Part shown: positions 1 to 14,100 of the stretch, one piece after another
Layout: each line of letters opens with the position of its first letter
Numbering within the stretch: position 1 is the first letter of the stretch
Assembly (NCBI GenBank): GCA_040954595.2
Contig: CM082581.2
Location: forward strand, 1 to 64,000
Source of the DNA: Balanoglossus misakiensis
Taxonomy: Eukaryota > Animalia > Hemichordata
DNA length: 64,000 nucleotides
Direction: 5' to 3'
Translations under genes and position numbers: made by a program
Notes under the pieces: model-generated
Told to the model about the DNA's origin: nothing
Seen by the model: only the letters and a program-made list of their open reading frames with translations
The model's database searches: none

Positions 1-3000
1 TAACCCTAACCCTAACCCTAACCCTAACCCTAACCCTAACCCTAACCCTAACCCTAACCCTAACCCTAACCCTAACCCTAACCCTAACCCTAACCCTAAC
101 CCTAACCCCCCTAACCCTAACCCTAACCCTAACCCTAACCCTAACCCCTAACCCTAACCCTAACCCTAACCCTAACCCTAACCCTAACCCTAACCCCTAA
201 CCCTAACCCTAACCCTAACCCTAACCTAACCCTAACCCTAACCCCTAACCCCTAACCCTAACCCTAACCCTAACCCTAACCCTAACCCTAACCCTAACCC
301 TAACCTACCCTAACCCTAACCCTAACCCTAACCCTAACCCCTAACCCTAACCCTAACCCTAACCCTAACCCTAACCCTAACCCTAACCCTAACCCTAACC
401 CTAACCCTAACCCTAACCCTACCCTAACCCTAACCCCTAACCCTAACCCTAACCCTACCCTAACCCTAACCCTAACCCTAACCCTAACCCTAACCCTAAC
501 CCTAACCCTACAACCCTAACCCTAACCCTAACCCTAACCCTAACCCCTAACCCTAACCCTAACCCTAACCTAACCCTAACCCTAACCCTAACCCTAACCC
601 TAACCCTAACCCTAACCCTAACCCTAACCCTAACCCTAACCCTAACCCTAACCCTAACCCTAACCCTAACCCTAACCCTAACCCTAACCCTAACCCTAAC
701 CCTAACCCTAACCCTAACCCTAACCCTAACCCTAACCCTAACCCTAACCCTAACCCTAACCCTAACCCTAACCCTAACCCTAACCCTAACCCTAACCCTA
801 ACCCTAACCCTAACCCTAACCCTAACCCTAACCCTAACCCTAACCCTAACCCTAACCCTAACCCTAACCCTAACCCTAACCCTAACCCTAACCCTAACCC
901 TAACCCTAACCCTAACCCTAACCCTAACCCTAACCCTAACCCTAACCCTAACCCTAACCCTAACCCTAACCCTAACCCTAACCCTAACCCTAACCCTAAC
1001 CCTAACCCTAACCCTAACCCTAACCCTAACCCTAACCCTAACCCTAACCCTAACCCTAACCCTAACCCTAACCCTAACCCTAACCCTAACCCTAACCCTA
1101 ACCCTAACCCTAACCCTAACCCTAACCCTAACCCTAACCCTAACCCTAACCCTAACCCTAACCCTAACCCTAACCCTAACCCTAACCCTAACCCTAACCC
1201 TAACCCTAACCCTAACCCTAACCCTAACCCTAACCCTAACCCTAACCCTAACCCTAACCCTAACCCTAACCCTAACCCTAACCCTAACCCTAACCCTAAC
1301 CCTAACCCTAACCCTAACCCTAACCCTAACCCTAACCCTAACCCTAACCCTAACCCTAACCCTAACCCTAACCCTAACCCTAACCCTAACCCTAACCCTA
1401 ACCCTAACCCTAACCCTAACCCTAACCCTAACCCTAACCCTAACCCTAACCCTAACCCTAACCCTAACCCTAACCCTAACCCTAACCCTAACCCTAACCC
1501 TAACCCTAACCCTAACCCTAACCCTAACCCTAACCCTAACCCTAACCCTAACCCTAACCCTAACCCTAACCCTAACCCTAACCCTAACCCTAACCCTAAC
1601 CCTAACCCTAACCCTAACCCTAACCCTAACCCTAACCCTAACCCTAACCCTAACCCTAACCCTAACCCTAACCCTAACCCTAACCCTAACCCTAACCCTA
1701 ACCCTAACCCTAACCCTAACCCTAACCCTAACCCTAACCCTAACCCTAACCCTAACCCTAACCCTAACCCTAACCCTAACCCTAACCCTAACCCTAACCC
1801 TAACCCTAACCCTAACCCTAACCCTAACCCTAACCCTAACCCTAACCCTAACCCTAACCCTAACCCTAACCCTAACCCTAACCCTAACCCTAACCCTAAC
1901 CCTAACCCTAACCCTAACCCTAACCCTAACCCTAACCCTAACCCTAACCCTAACCCTAACCCTAACCCTAACCCTAACCCTAACCCTAACCCTAACCCTA
2001 ACCCTAACCCTAACCCTAACCCTAACCCTAACCCTAACCCTAACCCTAACCCTAACCCTAACCCTAACCCTAACCCTAACCCTAACCCTAACCCTAACCC
2101 TAACCCTAACCCTAACCCTAACCCTAACCCTAACCCTAACCCTAACCCTAACCCTAACCCTAACCCTAACCCTAACCCTAACCCTAACCCTAACCCTAAC
2201 CCTAACCCTAACCCTAACCCTAACCCTAACCCTAACCCTAACCCTAACCCTAACCCTAACCCTAACCCTAACCCTAACCCTAACCCTAACCCTAACCCTA
2301 ACCCTAACCCTAACCCTAACCCTAACCCTAACCCTAACCCTAACCCTAACCCTAACCCTAACCCTAACCCTAACCCTAACCCTAACCCTAACCCTAACCC
2401 TAACCCTAACCCTAACCCTAACCCTAACCCTAACCCTAACCCTAACCCTAACCCTAACCCTAACCCTAACCCTAACCCTAACCCTAACCCTAACCCTAAC
2501 CCTAACCCTAACCCTAACCCTAACCCTAACCCTAACCCTAACCCTAACCCTAACCCTAACCCTAACCCTAACCCTAACCCTAACCCTAACCCTAACCCTA
2601 ACCCTAACCCTAACCCTAACCCTAACCCTAACCCTAACCCTAACCCTAACCCTAACCCTAACCCTAACCCTAACCCTAACCCTAACCCTAACCCTAACCC
2701 TAACCCTAACCCTAACCCTAACCCTAACCCTAACCCTAACCCTAACCCTAACCCTAACCCTAACCCTAACCCTAACCCTAACCCTAACCCTAACCCTAAC
2801 CCTAACCCTAACCCTAACCCTAACCCTAACCCTAACCCTAACCCTAACCCTAACCCTAACCCTAACCCTAACCCTAACCCTAACCCTAACCCTAACCCTA
2901 ACCCTAACCCTAACCCTAACCCTAACCCTAACCCTAACCCTAACCCTAACCCTAACCCTAACCCTAACCCTAACCCTAACCCTAACCCTAACCCTAACCC

Positions 3001-3885
3001 TAACCCTAACCCTAACCCTAACCCTAACCCTAACCCTAACCCTAACCCTAACCCTAACCCTAACCCTAACCCTAACCCTAACCCTAACCCTAACCCTAAC
3101 CCTAACCCTAACCCTAACCCTAACCCTAACCCTAACCCTAACCCTAACCCTAACCCTAACCCTAACCCTAACCCTAACCCTAACCCTAACCCTAACCCTA
3201 ACCCTAACCCTAACCCTAACCCTAACCCTAACCCTAACCCTAACCCTAACCCTAACCCTAACCCTAACCCTAACCCTAACCCTAACCCTAACCCTAACCC
3301 TAACCCTAACCCTAACCCTAACCCTAACCCTAACCCTAACCCTAACCCTAACCCTAACCCTAACCCTAACCCTAACCCTAACCCTAACCCTAACCCTAAC
3401 CCTAACCCTAACCCTAACCCTAACCCTAACCCTAACCCTAACCCTAACCCTAACCCTAACCCTAACCCTAACCCTAACCCTAACCCTAACCCTAACCCTA
3501 ACCCTAACCCTAACCCTAACCCTAACCCTAACCCTAACCCTAACCCTAACCCTAACCCTAACCCTAACCCTAACCCTAACCCTAACCCTAACCCTAACCC
3601 TAACCCTAACCCTAACCCTAACCCTAACCCTAACCCTAACCCTAACCCTAACCCTAACCCTAACCCTAACCCTAACCCTAACCCTAACCCTAACCCTAAC
3701 CCTAACCCTAACCCTAACCCTAACCCTAACCCTAACCCTAACCCTAACCCTAACCCTAACCCTAACCCTAACCCTAACCCTAACCCTAACCCTAACCCAT
3801 ACCCTAACCCTAACCCTAACCCTAACCCTAACCCTAACCCTAACCCTAACCCTTACCCTTACCCTAACCCATACCCTTACCCTAA
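1..3885 (-). repeat. Terminal telomere array (CCCTAA)n / (TTAGGG)n
   Basis: Near-perfect CCCTAA hexamers from base 1, with scattered short indels in 100-570. Variant units CCCATA/CCCTTA occur at 3796-3880. Confidence 0.99.
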
Positions 3886-6800
3886 GGGTCAAAGGTCAAG
3901 GGTAAGGGTTCAAAATTCTAGAAGTTTGAGTTAAGGGTCAAGGGATGAAGGGTCAAAGGTCAAGGGGTAGAGTTCAAGATTTGGAGATCAAGGATCAATG
4001 GGTCAAGGGTCAAGGATCAAAGTTCAAGGGTCAAGGGTCAAAGGTCAATGTTAAAAATTATATTTGAGTCAAAGGTCAAGGGTTAAGGTTCAAAGTCAAA
4101 AAGTATTAATTAAGGGTCAAGGGGCGAGGGTTGAAGGGTCAAAGGTCAAGGGTTTGATTTCATGAGTTGGATATTAAGGATCAAGTGGTCAAGGGTCAAT
4201 GATTAAGTATTAGAGTTGAAGTTCAACGGTCTGACCACCAATGATTAGAGTTCAAGGGTCATTGGTTATAGGTCAGGGGTCAAGGGTTGAAGGTCAAAGG
4301 TCAAGGGTTATAGTTCAAGAGTGGGATATCAATGATCAAGGGGTCAAGGGTCAAGTATTTAAGTATAAGGGTCAAAAGGTCCAGGGTCAAGGGTCAAAAG
4401 TCAAGGGTCAAAGGACAAGATTAAAAGTTAGATTTGAAGGGTCAAAGGTCATTGGTGAGAGTTCAAGATTTGGACATCAGGGATCAAGATGTCAAGGGTC
4501 ACAGATTAAAGTTCCAGGGTCAAACGTTCAAGGGTCAAAGGTCAAAGGTCAAAATTAAAAGTTAGATTTGAAGGGTCAAAGGTCAAGGGTTAGGGTTCAA
4601 AGTTCAAAATCAAACGTCAAGGTTAAAAGTTAGATTTGAAGGGTCAAAGGTCAAGGGTTAGGGTTCAAAGTTCAAAATGTTAGAGTTAAGGGTCAAGGGG
4701 CAGGGGTTGAAGGGTCAAAGGTCAAGGGTTTGATTTCATGAGTTGGAGATTAAGGATCAAGGGGTCAAGGGTCAAGGATAAGAGTTGAAGTTCAATGGTC
4801 TGACCAATGATTAGAGTTCAAGGGTCATTGGTTATAGGTCAGGGGTCAAGGGTTGACGGTCAAAGGACAAGGGTAATAGTTCAAGAGTTGGATATCAATG
4901 ATCAAGGGGTCAAGGGTCAACTATTAAAGTATGATGGTCAAATGGTCAAGGGTCAAGGGTCAAAAGTCAAGGGTCAAAGGTCAAGATTAAAAGTTAGATT
5001 TGAAGGGTCAAAGGTCATGGGTTAGAGATCAAAGTTCAAAAAGTCTGAGTTTAGGGTCAAGGGGCAAAGGTTGAAGGGTCAAAGGTCAAGGGTTGGATTT
5101 CATAAGTTGGAGATCAAGAATCAAGGAGTCAAGGGGCAAGGGTCAAGGGTTAGAGTTGAAAGGTCAAAGGTTCAAGGCTCAAGGGTCAGAGGTCAAGGTT
5201 CAAGGGTCAAGGGACCAAGAGTCAGTCGCCATGTATTAGAGTTTAATGGTCAAGTGATAGAGTTCAAGGGTCAAAGGTTGTAGTTCAAGAGCCAAAGGTC
5301 AAGGGTTAGAGTTCAAAGGTTAAAAAGTTTGAGTTAAGGTGTCAAGGGTTGATGGGTCAAAGGTCAAGGGTTAAGGATTAGAGTTCAAGAGTTGGAGATC
5401 AAGGATCAAGGGGTCAAGGGTAAAGGATTAGAGTTGAAGGCTCAACAGTCTGACCAAGTATTAGAGTTCAAGGGTCAAAGGTTATAGTTCAAGGGTCAAG
5501 GGTTGAAGGGTCAAAGGTCAAGGGTTAGAGTTCAAGAGTTGGAGATCAGGGATCAAAGGGCCAAGGGTCAAAGGTCAAGGGTCAAAGGTCACGGTTAAAA
5601 GTTAGATTTGAAGGGTCAAAGGTCAAGGGGTAGAGTTCAAGATTTGGAGATCAAGGATCAATGGGTCAAGGGTCAAGGATTAAAGTTCAAGGGTCAAAGG
5701 GTCAAAGGTCAAAGGTCAAAGGTCAATGTTATAAGTTAGATTTGAGTCAAAGGTCAAGGGTTAAGGTTCAAAGTTCAAAAAGTATGAGTTAAGGGTCAAG
5801 GGGCGAGGGTTGAAGGGTCAAAGGTCAAGGGTTGGATTTCATGAGTTGGAGATCAAGGATCAAGGGGTCAAGGGTCAAGGGTCAAGTATTAGAGTTGAAG
5901 GGTCAAAGGATTGACCAAGGATTAGAGTTCAAGGGTCAAGGGTTATAGGTCAGGGTTCGAGGGTTGAAGGTTCAAAGGTAAAGGGGTAGAGTTCAAGAGT
6001 TGGAGATCAAGGATCAAGGGGTCAAGGGTCAAGGATTAAAGTTCAAGGGTCAAAGGTCAAAGGTCAATGTGAAAAGTTAGATTTGAAGGGTCAAAGGTCA
6101 AAGGTTAGGGTTCAAAGTTCAAAATGTTTGAGTTAAGGGTCAAGGGGCAGGGGTTGAAGAGTCAAAGGTCAAGGGTTTGATTTCATGAGTTGGAGATTAA
6201 GGATCAAGGGGTCAAGGGTCAAGGATAAGAGTTTAAATTCAACGGTCTGACCAATGATTAGAGTTCAAGGGTCATTGGTTATAGGTCAGGGGTCAAGGGT
6301 TGAAGGTCAAAGGTCAAGGGTTATAGTTCAAGAGTTGGATATCAATGATCAAGGGGTCAAGGGTCAAGTATTAAAGTATAAGGGTCAAAGGGTCAAGGGT
6401 CAAAAGTCAAGGGTCTAAGGTCAAGATTAAAAGTTAGATTTGAAGGTTCAAAGGTAATGGGTGAGAGTTCAAGATTTGGAGATCAGGGATCAAGGGGTCA
6501 AGGGTCAAGGATTAAAGTTCAAGGGTCAAAGGTTCAAAGGTCAAAGGTCAAAGGTCAATTTTAAACGTTAGATTTGAAGGGTCAAAGGTCAATTGTTAGG
6601 GTTCAAAGTTCAAAAAGAATGAGTTAAGGGTCAAGGGTCAAGTATTAGAGTTGGAGGGTCAAAGGATTGACCAAGGATTAGAGTTCAAGGGTCAAGGGTT
6701 ATAGGTCAGGGTTTGAGGGTTGAAGGTTCAAAGATAAAGGGGTAGAGTTCAAGAGTTGGAGATCAAGTATCAATGGGTCAAGGGTCAAGGATTAAAGTTC

Positions 6801-7445
6801 AAGGGTCAAAGGTTCAAGGGTTAAAGGTCATGGTCAAGGTTAAAAGTTAGATTTTAAGGGTCAAAGGTCAAGGGTTAGGGTTCAAAGTTCAAAATGTTTG
6901 AGTTAAGGGTCAAGGGGCAAGGGTTGAAGGGTCAAAGGTCAAGGGTTGGATTTCATAAGTTGGAGATCAAGAATCAAGGAGTCAAGGGGCAAGGGTCAAT
7001 GGTTAGAGTTCAAAGGTAAAAGGTTCAAGGTTCAAGGGTCAGAGGTCAAGGTTCAAGGTTCAAGGGACCAAGAGTCAGTTGCTATGTATTAGAGTTTAAT
7101 TGTCAAGTGATAGAGTTCTAGGGTCAAAGGTTGTAGTTCAAGAGTCAAAGGTCAAGGGTTAGAGTTCAAAGGTTAAAAAGTTTGAGTTAAGGGGTCAAAA
7201 GTTGATGGGTTAAAGGTCAAGGGTTAAGGATTAGAGTTCAAGAGTTTGAGATCAAGGATCAAGGGTTCAAGGGTCAAGGATTAGAGTTGAAGGCACAACA
7301 GTCTGACCAAGTATTAGAGTTCAAGGGTCAAAGGTTATAGTTCAAGGGTCAAGGGTTGAAGGGTCAAAGGTCAAGGGTTAGAGTTCAAGAGTTGGAGATC
7401 AGGGATCTAAGGGTCAAGGGTCAAGGATTAGAGTTGATGTGTTAA
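3886..7445 (+). repeat. Subtelomeric degenerate heptamer satellite, G-rich on + (GGGTCAA/AGGTCAA/AGTTCAA)
   Basis: Continuous GGGTCAAAGGTCAAGGGTTAGAGTTCAA-type words. Internal duplications include ~5060-5560 vs ~6915-7420 and ~4241, ~4807, ~6255. Confidence 0.95.
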
Positions 7446-7449
7446 ACGG

Positions 7450-8180
7450 TCTTTACCCCAATGTATTCCCACTGGCCCCCCTCCCATCTCCACCCTGGCC
7501 TCCTTCACCAAAACCGCACCAGACCCATAATGCCTCTATCTCTTACACCACACCTTACACCCACCACAACTTGTAACACTTGACTTAAAGATCGGCATCC
7601 AAATCCAAACTCTACCAATGCAACTCCAACAATACAACATCAGGACTCTATTACAAACCAAAACCTACCACTTCTAGCAAATACACGACCAAAGATTTGA
7701 TCCCATATATCATCCTTCCACACTCATCGCGAATCCTTACAGGAACCTCACCTTAACAGACCCAATCCACTCCTTACCTCAAACCTCAACCCGAAGTCAA
7801 TCCCAGAATTGTACTCTTAAAAAATACGTTATTACTCAAACACCAATCACCGATCAAACTCCAAATTTCAACTTGTCTGCTATCACCACTACCAGCCAAC
7901 TTTACCCCAACATATTCCCATGCCTCCCTATCACCACCCCGACCTCCATCCCCAAAACCGCACAAGACCCACCACAAATTTAAATCCTGGAAGTAACCCA
8001 AACTATCATAACTCAAACATCCCAAACCAAATCAAAATTGACACTAACCCTATCATTACCAAATACTCGAAGACCACCCAAAAAACTCTTAACGTAAAGA
8101 TTGGCATAATCCAAACGCATTCCCAACTAAACAACACCAAAACGCTATTACGAACCAAAACCTACAATTTTTATACATGA
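7450..8180 (+). repeat. Subtelomeric repeat X, single C/A-rich copy
   Basis: Reverse-complement match to the 17756-18600 region, e.g. ccgaagtcaatcccagaattgtactc at 7791 vs gagtacaattctgggattgacttcgg at 18143. Confidence 0.9.
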
Positions 8181-11100
8181 CCAAAGATGCTAACCATGGA
8201 AGAACTCACTTCTGTCAATAATACAAACTCCTACTAATCCTCTCTGCCAGCTATTTCATAAAATGTATTTATTTAGGCTTCAAAACAATGGAAATTAACA
8301 TGAATCATCTTTTTGAAAATTGCACAAATTAAATTATCATTTTGAATTCAAAAACAACCTATTTTTAGGCTTAAAACATTGAAATCAATTTTTTTTCGAA
8401 AATACTATGAAGCACCCTCATTTTGATAAAAAAAACTATTTAATACGATATAAAATGATGTTATATACACATTGTATATTTTAAAAAAAAATATGATAAA
8501 ATAAACAATCGATGCATAAATACAAGCATATTTAAAGCTCTTATACAGTAATATATTATTCTTAAACCTTTCTTTGTATATATGATAAAAAACTAATTAT
8601 TTGGGAATGAAAACTGTTTAAAACGATACTAAAACAATGCTTGTTTCATATTTCAGGTTTTAAATAAAAATGATACGTAAGGCATTTTAAAGTTAAATAC
8701 AAACTTATTTAGGCATAAAAAGCACCCTGAGATCATTATTTAACCCGTCTTTGAAATTAGATTTGAAACGCATTATTTTTCACTTAAAGGGTTTAATTCG
8801 GTATAAAAATCGTTTTTATTCACATTGTTTACTTCAAATGAAAATGTTTTAACAAGATATTTTATTATGAATGCAACATGATTAAAGGCTTCAGAACACG
8901 TTAAAATCATTCTAAATCATTTCTTTGAATATGCTACAAAATAACCATTAATTTGTGCACAAAAACTTTAAATACAATACTAAAACGATATTAAAAAGCT
9001 TTAAATCGAGAGAAAATTTTTAAAAGGAATCTAGAATGTTTAAAAGCCGAAATAAGGGTGTGTTTGAGTTAGAAAGCACTATCTATTAATTTTTATTCAA
9101 AACGTGTTATATGGAAAAAATATCGTTTTGAACAGTTTTTGGGCCCTAATAAAGGATGGTTTTGTATTGTGTTCAAAGAAAGGTTTTAGAATGATTAAAC
9201 ACTTTTTCAAAACCTTAAATAGGGGTGTAATTATATAGAAATTGCTTTCTAAATCATTACCATTAAAAATACGCTTTGTGAATATGACATTGATTTTATA
9301 AGGTATTAAACATTTTTTGTGAGAAATTTAAGCGTGATATAGAAAAAAATTTCAAAAAGGTTTTTAATAATGAAACTACATTGTTTTTTAGCCTAAATAA
9401 GTTGTTTTGAATTTAAAATGCTTATTGAATCGTTTTTATTTAACACATGCGATATGAAACTAACAACGTTTTTAGTATCGTATTGAGCAGTTTTCTTGCC
9501 AAATAATGTTTTTTTGTAATACATTCAAAAGAGACTTTAGAATGATAAGCAAAACATTGATATTGCTTATTAAATCATTTTCATATCAAAAACTTAATTT
9601 TGGTTTATTTGATTTTTATTCAATACATATACGAATATAAACATCTATTTTATATCAGTTTTTGGAGTTAATTATATTTTCAGATGAAAATAATTCGCAA
9701 GCCTAAAAATATTGGGTGTTTTTGAATTTGAAATCAATATCTAATAATTTTATTTAAAAGTGCGTTATGGACCAATTATATTATACCAGTATATTGATGG
9801 TGTAAATCACGCTATTTGGTTGGTCGAGACACGACACGTGACCGTGATATATTAGCCATATACCACAGTCATATATCATAGTTAAAGAAAATGCCTTTTT
9901 AAAATGTTTTATGAAAAGTTTCAATATACTGGCATAATATAATAGCAATAAAACACCCCCAGCCATGGTATACCACTCGATTTTGACCAGTTCAACTCCA
10001 TATACGCACTCGCTATCGCTCGTGCGTATATGTCGTGAACTGGTCAAAATCTCGTGATATACCATGGCTGGGGGTGTTTTATTGCTTAAATATCGTTTTA
10101 TTATTGTATTTAAAGTTTTTGTGCACAAATTAATAAATTTTGTAGCAAATTCAAAGAAATTATTTAGAATGATTTTAAAGTGTTCTGAAGCCTTTAATCA
10201 TATTGCATTCATGTTGAAATCGCTTGTTAAAACATTTTCATTTGAAGTAAACAATGTGAATAAAAACGATTTTATACCGAATTAAACCCATTAAGTGAAA
10301 AATAATGCGTTTCATATTAAATTTCAAAGACGGGTTAAATAATGATCTCAGGGTGCTTTTTATGCCTAAATAAGTTTGTATTTAACTTTAAAATGCTTTA
10401 CGGATCATTTTTTTTTAAAACCTGAAATATGGAACAAGCATTGTTTTAGTATCGTTTTTTAAACAGTTTTCATTCCCAAATAATTAGTTTGTGCACATAA
10501 ACTTTAAATACAATACTAAAACGATATTTGGTCCATAACGCACTTTTCAATATTATGTACTGATTTCAAATTCAAAAACACCCAATATTTTTAGGCTTGC
10601 GAATTATTTTCATCTGAAAATATAATTAACTCCAAAAACTGATATAAAATAGATGATTTGATTCGTATATGTATTGAATAAAAATCAAATAAGCCAAAAT
10701 TAAGTTTTTAATATGAAAATGATTTAATAAGCATTTCCAATATAAATGTTTTGCTTATCATTCTAAAGTCTCTTTTGAATGTATTACAAAAATACATTAT
10801 TTGGCAAGAAAACTGCTCAATACGACACTAAAAACGCTGTTAGTTTCATTTCGCATGTATTAAATGAATACGATTCAATAAGCATTTTAAATTCAAAACC
10901 ACTTATTTAGGCTAAAAAACAATTTGGGGTCATTATTAAAAACCTTTTTGAAATTTTTTTCTATAACACGCTTTAATTTTTCACAAAAAATGTTTAATAC
11001 CTTAAAAAATCAATGTCATATTCACAAAGCGTATGTTTTACGGAAATGATTTAACAAGCAATTTCTATATATTTACATCCCTATTTAAGCCTTTGGAAAA

Positions 11101-14100
11101 CTGTTAAATCATTCTAAAACCTTTCTTTGAACATAACATAAAACCATCCTTTATTCGGGCCCAAACACTTCATATCGCACATTTAACTCAAACACAATCT
11201 TATTTAGGATTAGAAACATTCTAAATTCCTTTTAAAATTTTTCTCTCGATTTAAGGCTTTTAGACACATTATAATCATTCAAAAACTTTCATTGAAAGTA
11301 TTACTTAAACAATATTTTGGCACGAAAACTGTTCAATACGACATAAAAAACGATTTATGTTATATATTGCTTTTTTATATTTAAAAAGACAAGAAACATT
11401 TCAAAACACTAATTTAGGCACGTAAATACTGTTAGAACATTTGATAAAAAAAACTATTTAATACGGTATAAAATGATGTTATATGCACATTGTATATTTT
11501 GAAAAAAATATGATTAAATAAACAATCGATACATAAATGCACGCATATTTAAAGCTCTAATACAGTAATATATAATTCTTAAACCTTTCTTTGTGTATAT
11601 GATAAAAAAACTAATTATTTGGGAATGAAAACTGTTTAAAACGACACTAAAACAATGCTTGTTCCATACTTCAGGTTTCAAATAAAAATGATACGTAAAG
11701 CATTTTAAAGTTAAATTCAAACTTATTTAGGCATAAAAAGCACCCTGAGATCATTATTTAACCCGTCTTTGAAATTAGATATGAAACGCATTATTTTTCA
11801 CTTAAAGGGTTTAATTCGGTATAAAATCGTTTTTATTCACATTATTAACTTCAAATGAAAATGTTTTAACAAGATATTTTATTATGAATGCAACATGATT
11901 AAAGGCTTCAGAACACTTTAAAATCATTCTAAATCATTTCTTTGAATATGCTACAAAATAACCATTAATTTGTGTACAAAAACTTTAAATACAATACTAA
12001 AACGATATTAAAAAGCTTTAAATCGAGAGAAAATTTTTAAAAGGAATCTAGAATGTTTAAAAGCCGAAATAAGGGTGTGTTTGAGTTAGAAAGCACTATC
12101 TATTAATTTTTATTCAAAACGTGTTATATGGAAAAAATATCGTTTTGAACAGTTTTTGGGCCCTAATAAAGGATGGTTTTGTATTGTGTTCAAAGAAAGG
12201 TTTTAGAATGATTAAACACTTTTTCAAAACCTTAAATAGGGGTGTAATTATATAGAAATTGCTTTCTAAATCATTACCATTAAAAATACGCTTTGTGAAT
12301 ATGACATTGATTTTATAAGGTATTAAACATTTTTTGTGAGAAATTTAAGCGTGTTAGAGAAAAAAATTTCAAAAAGGTTTTTAATAATGATACTTCATTG
12401 TTTTTCAGCCTAAATAAGTGGTTTTGAATTTAAAATGCTTATTGAATCGTTTTTATTTAATACATGCGATATGAAACTAACAACGTTTTTAGTATCGTAT
12501 TGAGCAGTTTTCTTGCCAAATAATGTTTTTTTGTAATACATTCAAAAGAGACTTTAGAATGATAAGTAAAACATTGATATTGCTTATTAAATCATTTTCA
12601 TATTAAAAACTTAATTTTGGCTTATTTGATTTTTATTCAATACATATACGAATAAAAATATCTATTTTATATCAATTTTTGGAGTTAATTATATTTTCAG
12701 ATGAAAATAATTCGCAAGCCTAAAAATATTGGGTGTTTTTGAATTTGAAATCAATATCTAATAATTTTTTTTATAAGTGCGTTATGGACCAAATATCGTT
12801 TTATTATTGTATTTAAAGTTTTTGTGCACAAATTAATGAATTTTGTAGCAAATTCAAAGAAATTATTTAGAATGATTTTAAAGTGTTCTGAAGCCTTTAA
12901 TCATGTTGCATTCATGTTGAAATCGCTTGTTAAAACATTTTCATTTGAAGTAAACAATGTGAATAAAAACGATTTTATACCGAATTAAACCCTTTAAGTG
13001 AAAAATAATGCGTTTCATATTAAATTTCAAAGACGGGTTAAATAATGATCTCAGGGTGCTTTTTATGCCTAAATAAGTTTGTATTTAACTTTAAAATGCT
13101 TTACGGATTTAAAATGCTTTACGACATAAAACACGATTTATGTTATATATTGCTTTTTTATATTTAAAAAGACAAGAAACATTTCAAAACACTAATTTAG
13201 GCATGTAAATACTATTAGAACATTTGATAAAAAAAACTATTTAATACGGTATAAAATGATGTTATATGCACATTGTATATTTTGAAAAAAATATGATTAA
13301 ATAAACAATCGATACATAAATGCACGCATATTTAAAGCTCTAATACAGTAACATATAATTCTTAAACCTTTCTTTGTATATATGATAAAAAAACTAATTA
13401 TTTGGGAATGAAAACTGTTTAAAACGACACTAAAACAATGCTTGTTCCATATTTCAGGTTTTAAATAAAAATGATCCGTAAAGCATTTTAAAGTTAAATA
13501 CAAACTTATTCAGGCATAAAAAGCACCCTGAGATCATTATTTAACACGTCTTTGAAATTTGATATGAAACGCATTATTTTTCACTTAAAGGGTTTAATTC
13601 GGTATAAAATCGTTTTTATTCACATTGTTTACTTCAAATGAAAATGTTTTAACAAGCGATTTCAACATGAATGCAACATGATTAAAGGCTTCAGAACACT
13701 TGTATATGTATTGAATAAAAATCAAATAAGCCAAAATTAAGTTTTTAATATGAAAATGACTTAATAAGCAATATAAATGTTTTGCTTATCATTCTAAAGT
13801 CTCTTTTGAATGTATTACAAAAAAACATTATTTGGCAAGAAAACTGCTCAAAACGATACCAAAAACGTTATTAGTTTCTTATCGCATGTATTAAATAAAA
13901 ACGATTCAATAAGCATTTTAAATTCAAAACCACTTATTCATGCTAAAAAACAATGTGGGATCATTTTTAAAAACCTTTTTGAATTTTTTTTCTATAACAC
14001 GCTTTAATTTTTCACAAAAAATGTTTGATACCTTATAGAATCTATGTCATATTCTTAAAGCGTATGTTTAACGGAAATGATTTAACAAGCAATTTCTATA

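Noticed and set aside
100-570. Variant telomere units at the distal end
   Set aside because: These are sporadic short indels at the low-coverage contig tip, most likely sequencing or consensus error.
455-3892. 1145-aa Val-Arg ORF
   Set aside because: It is simply a stop-free frame of (TTAGGG)n with a TTG start. VR/GL dipeptides from telomeric RNA have been reported in mammals, but nothing here supports a gene.
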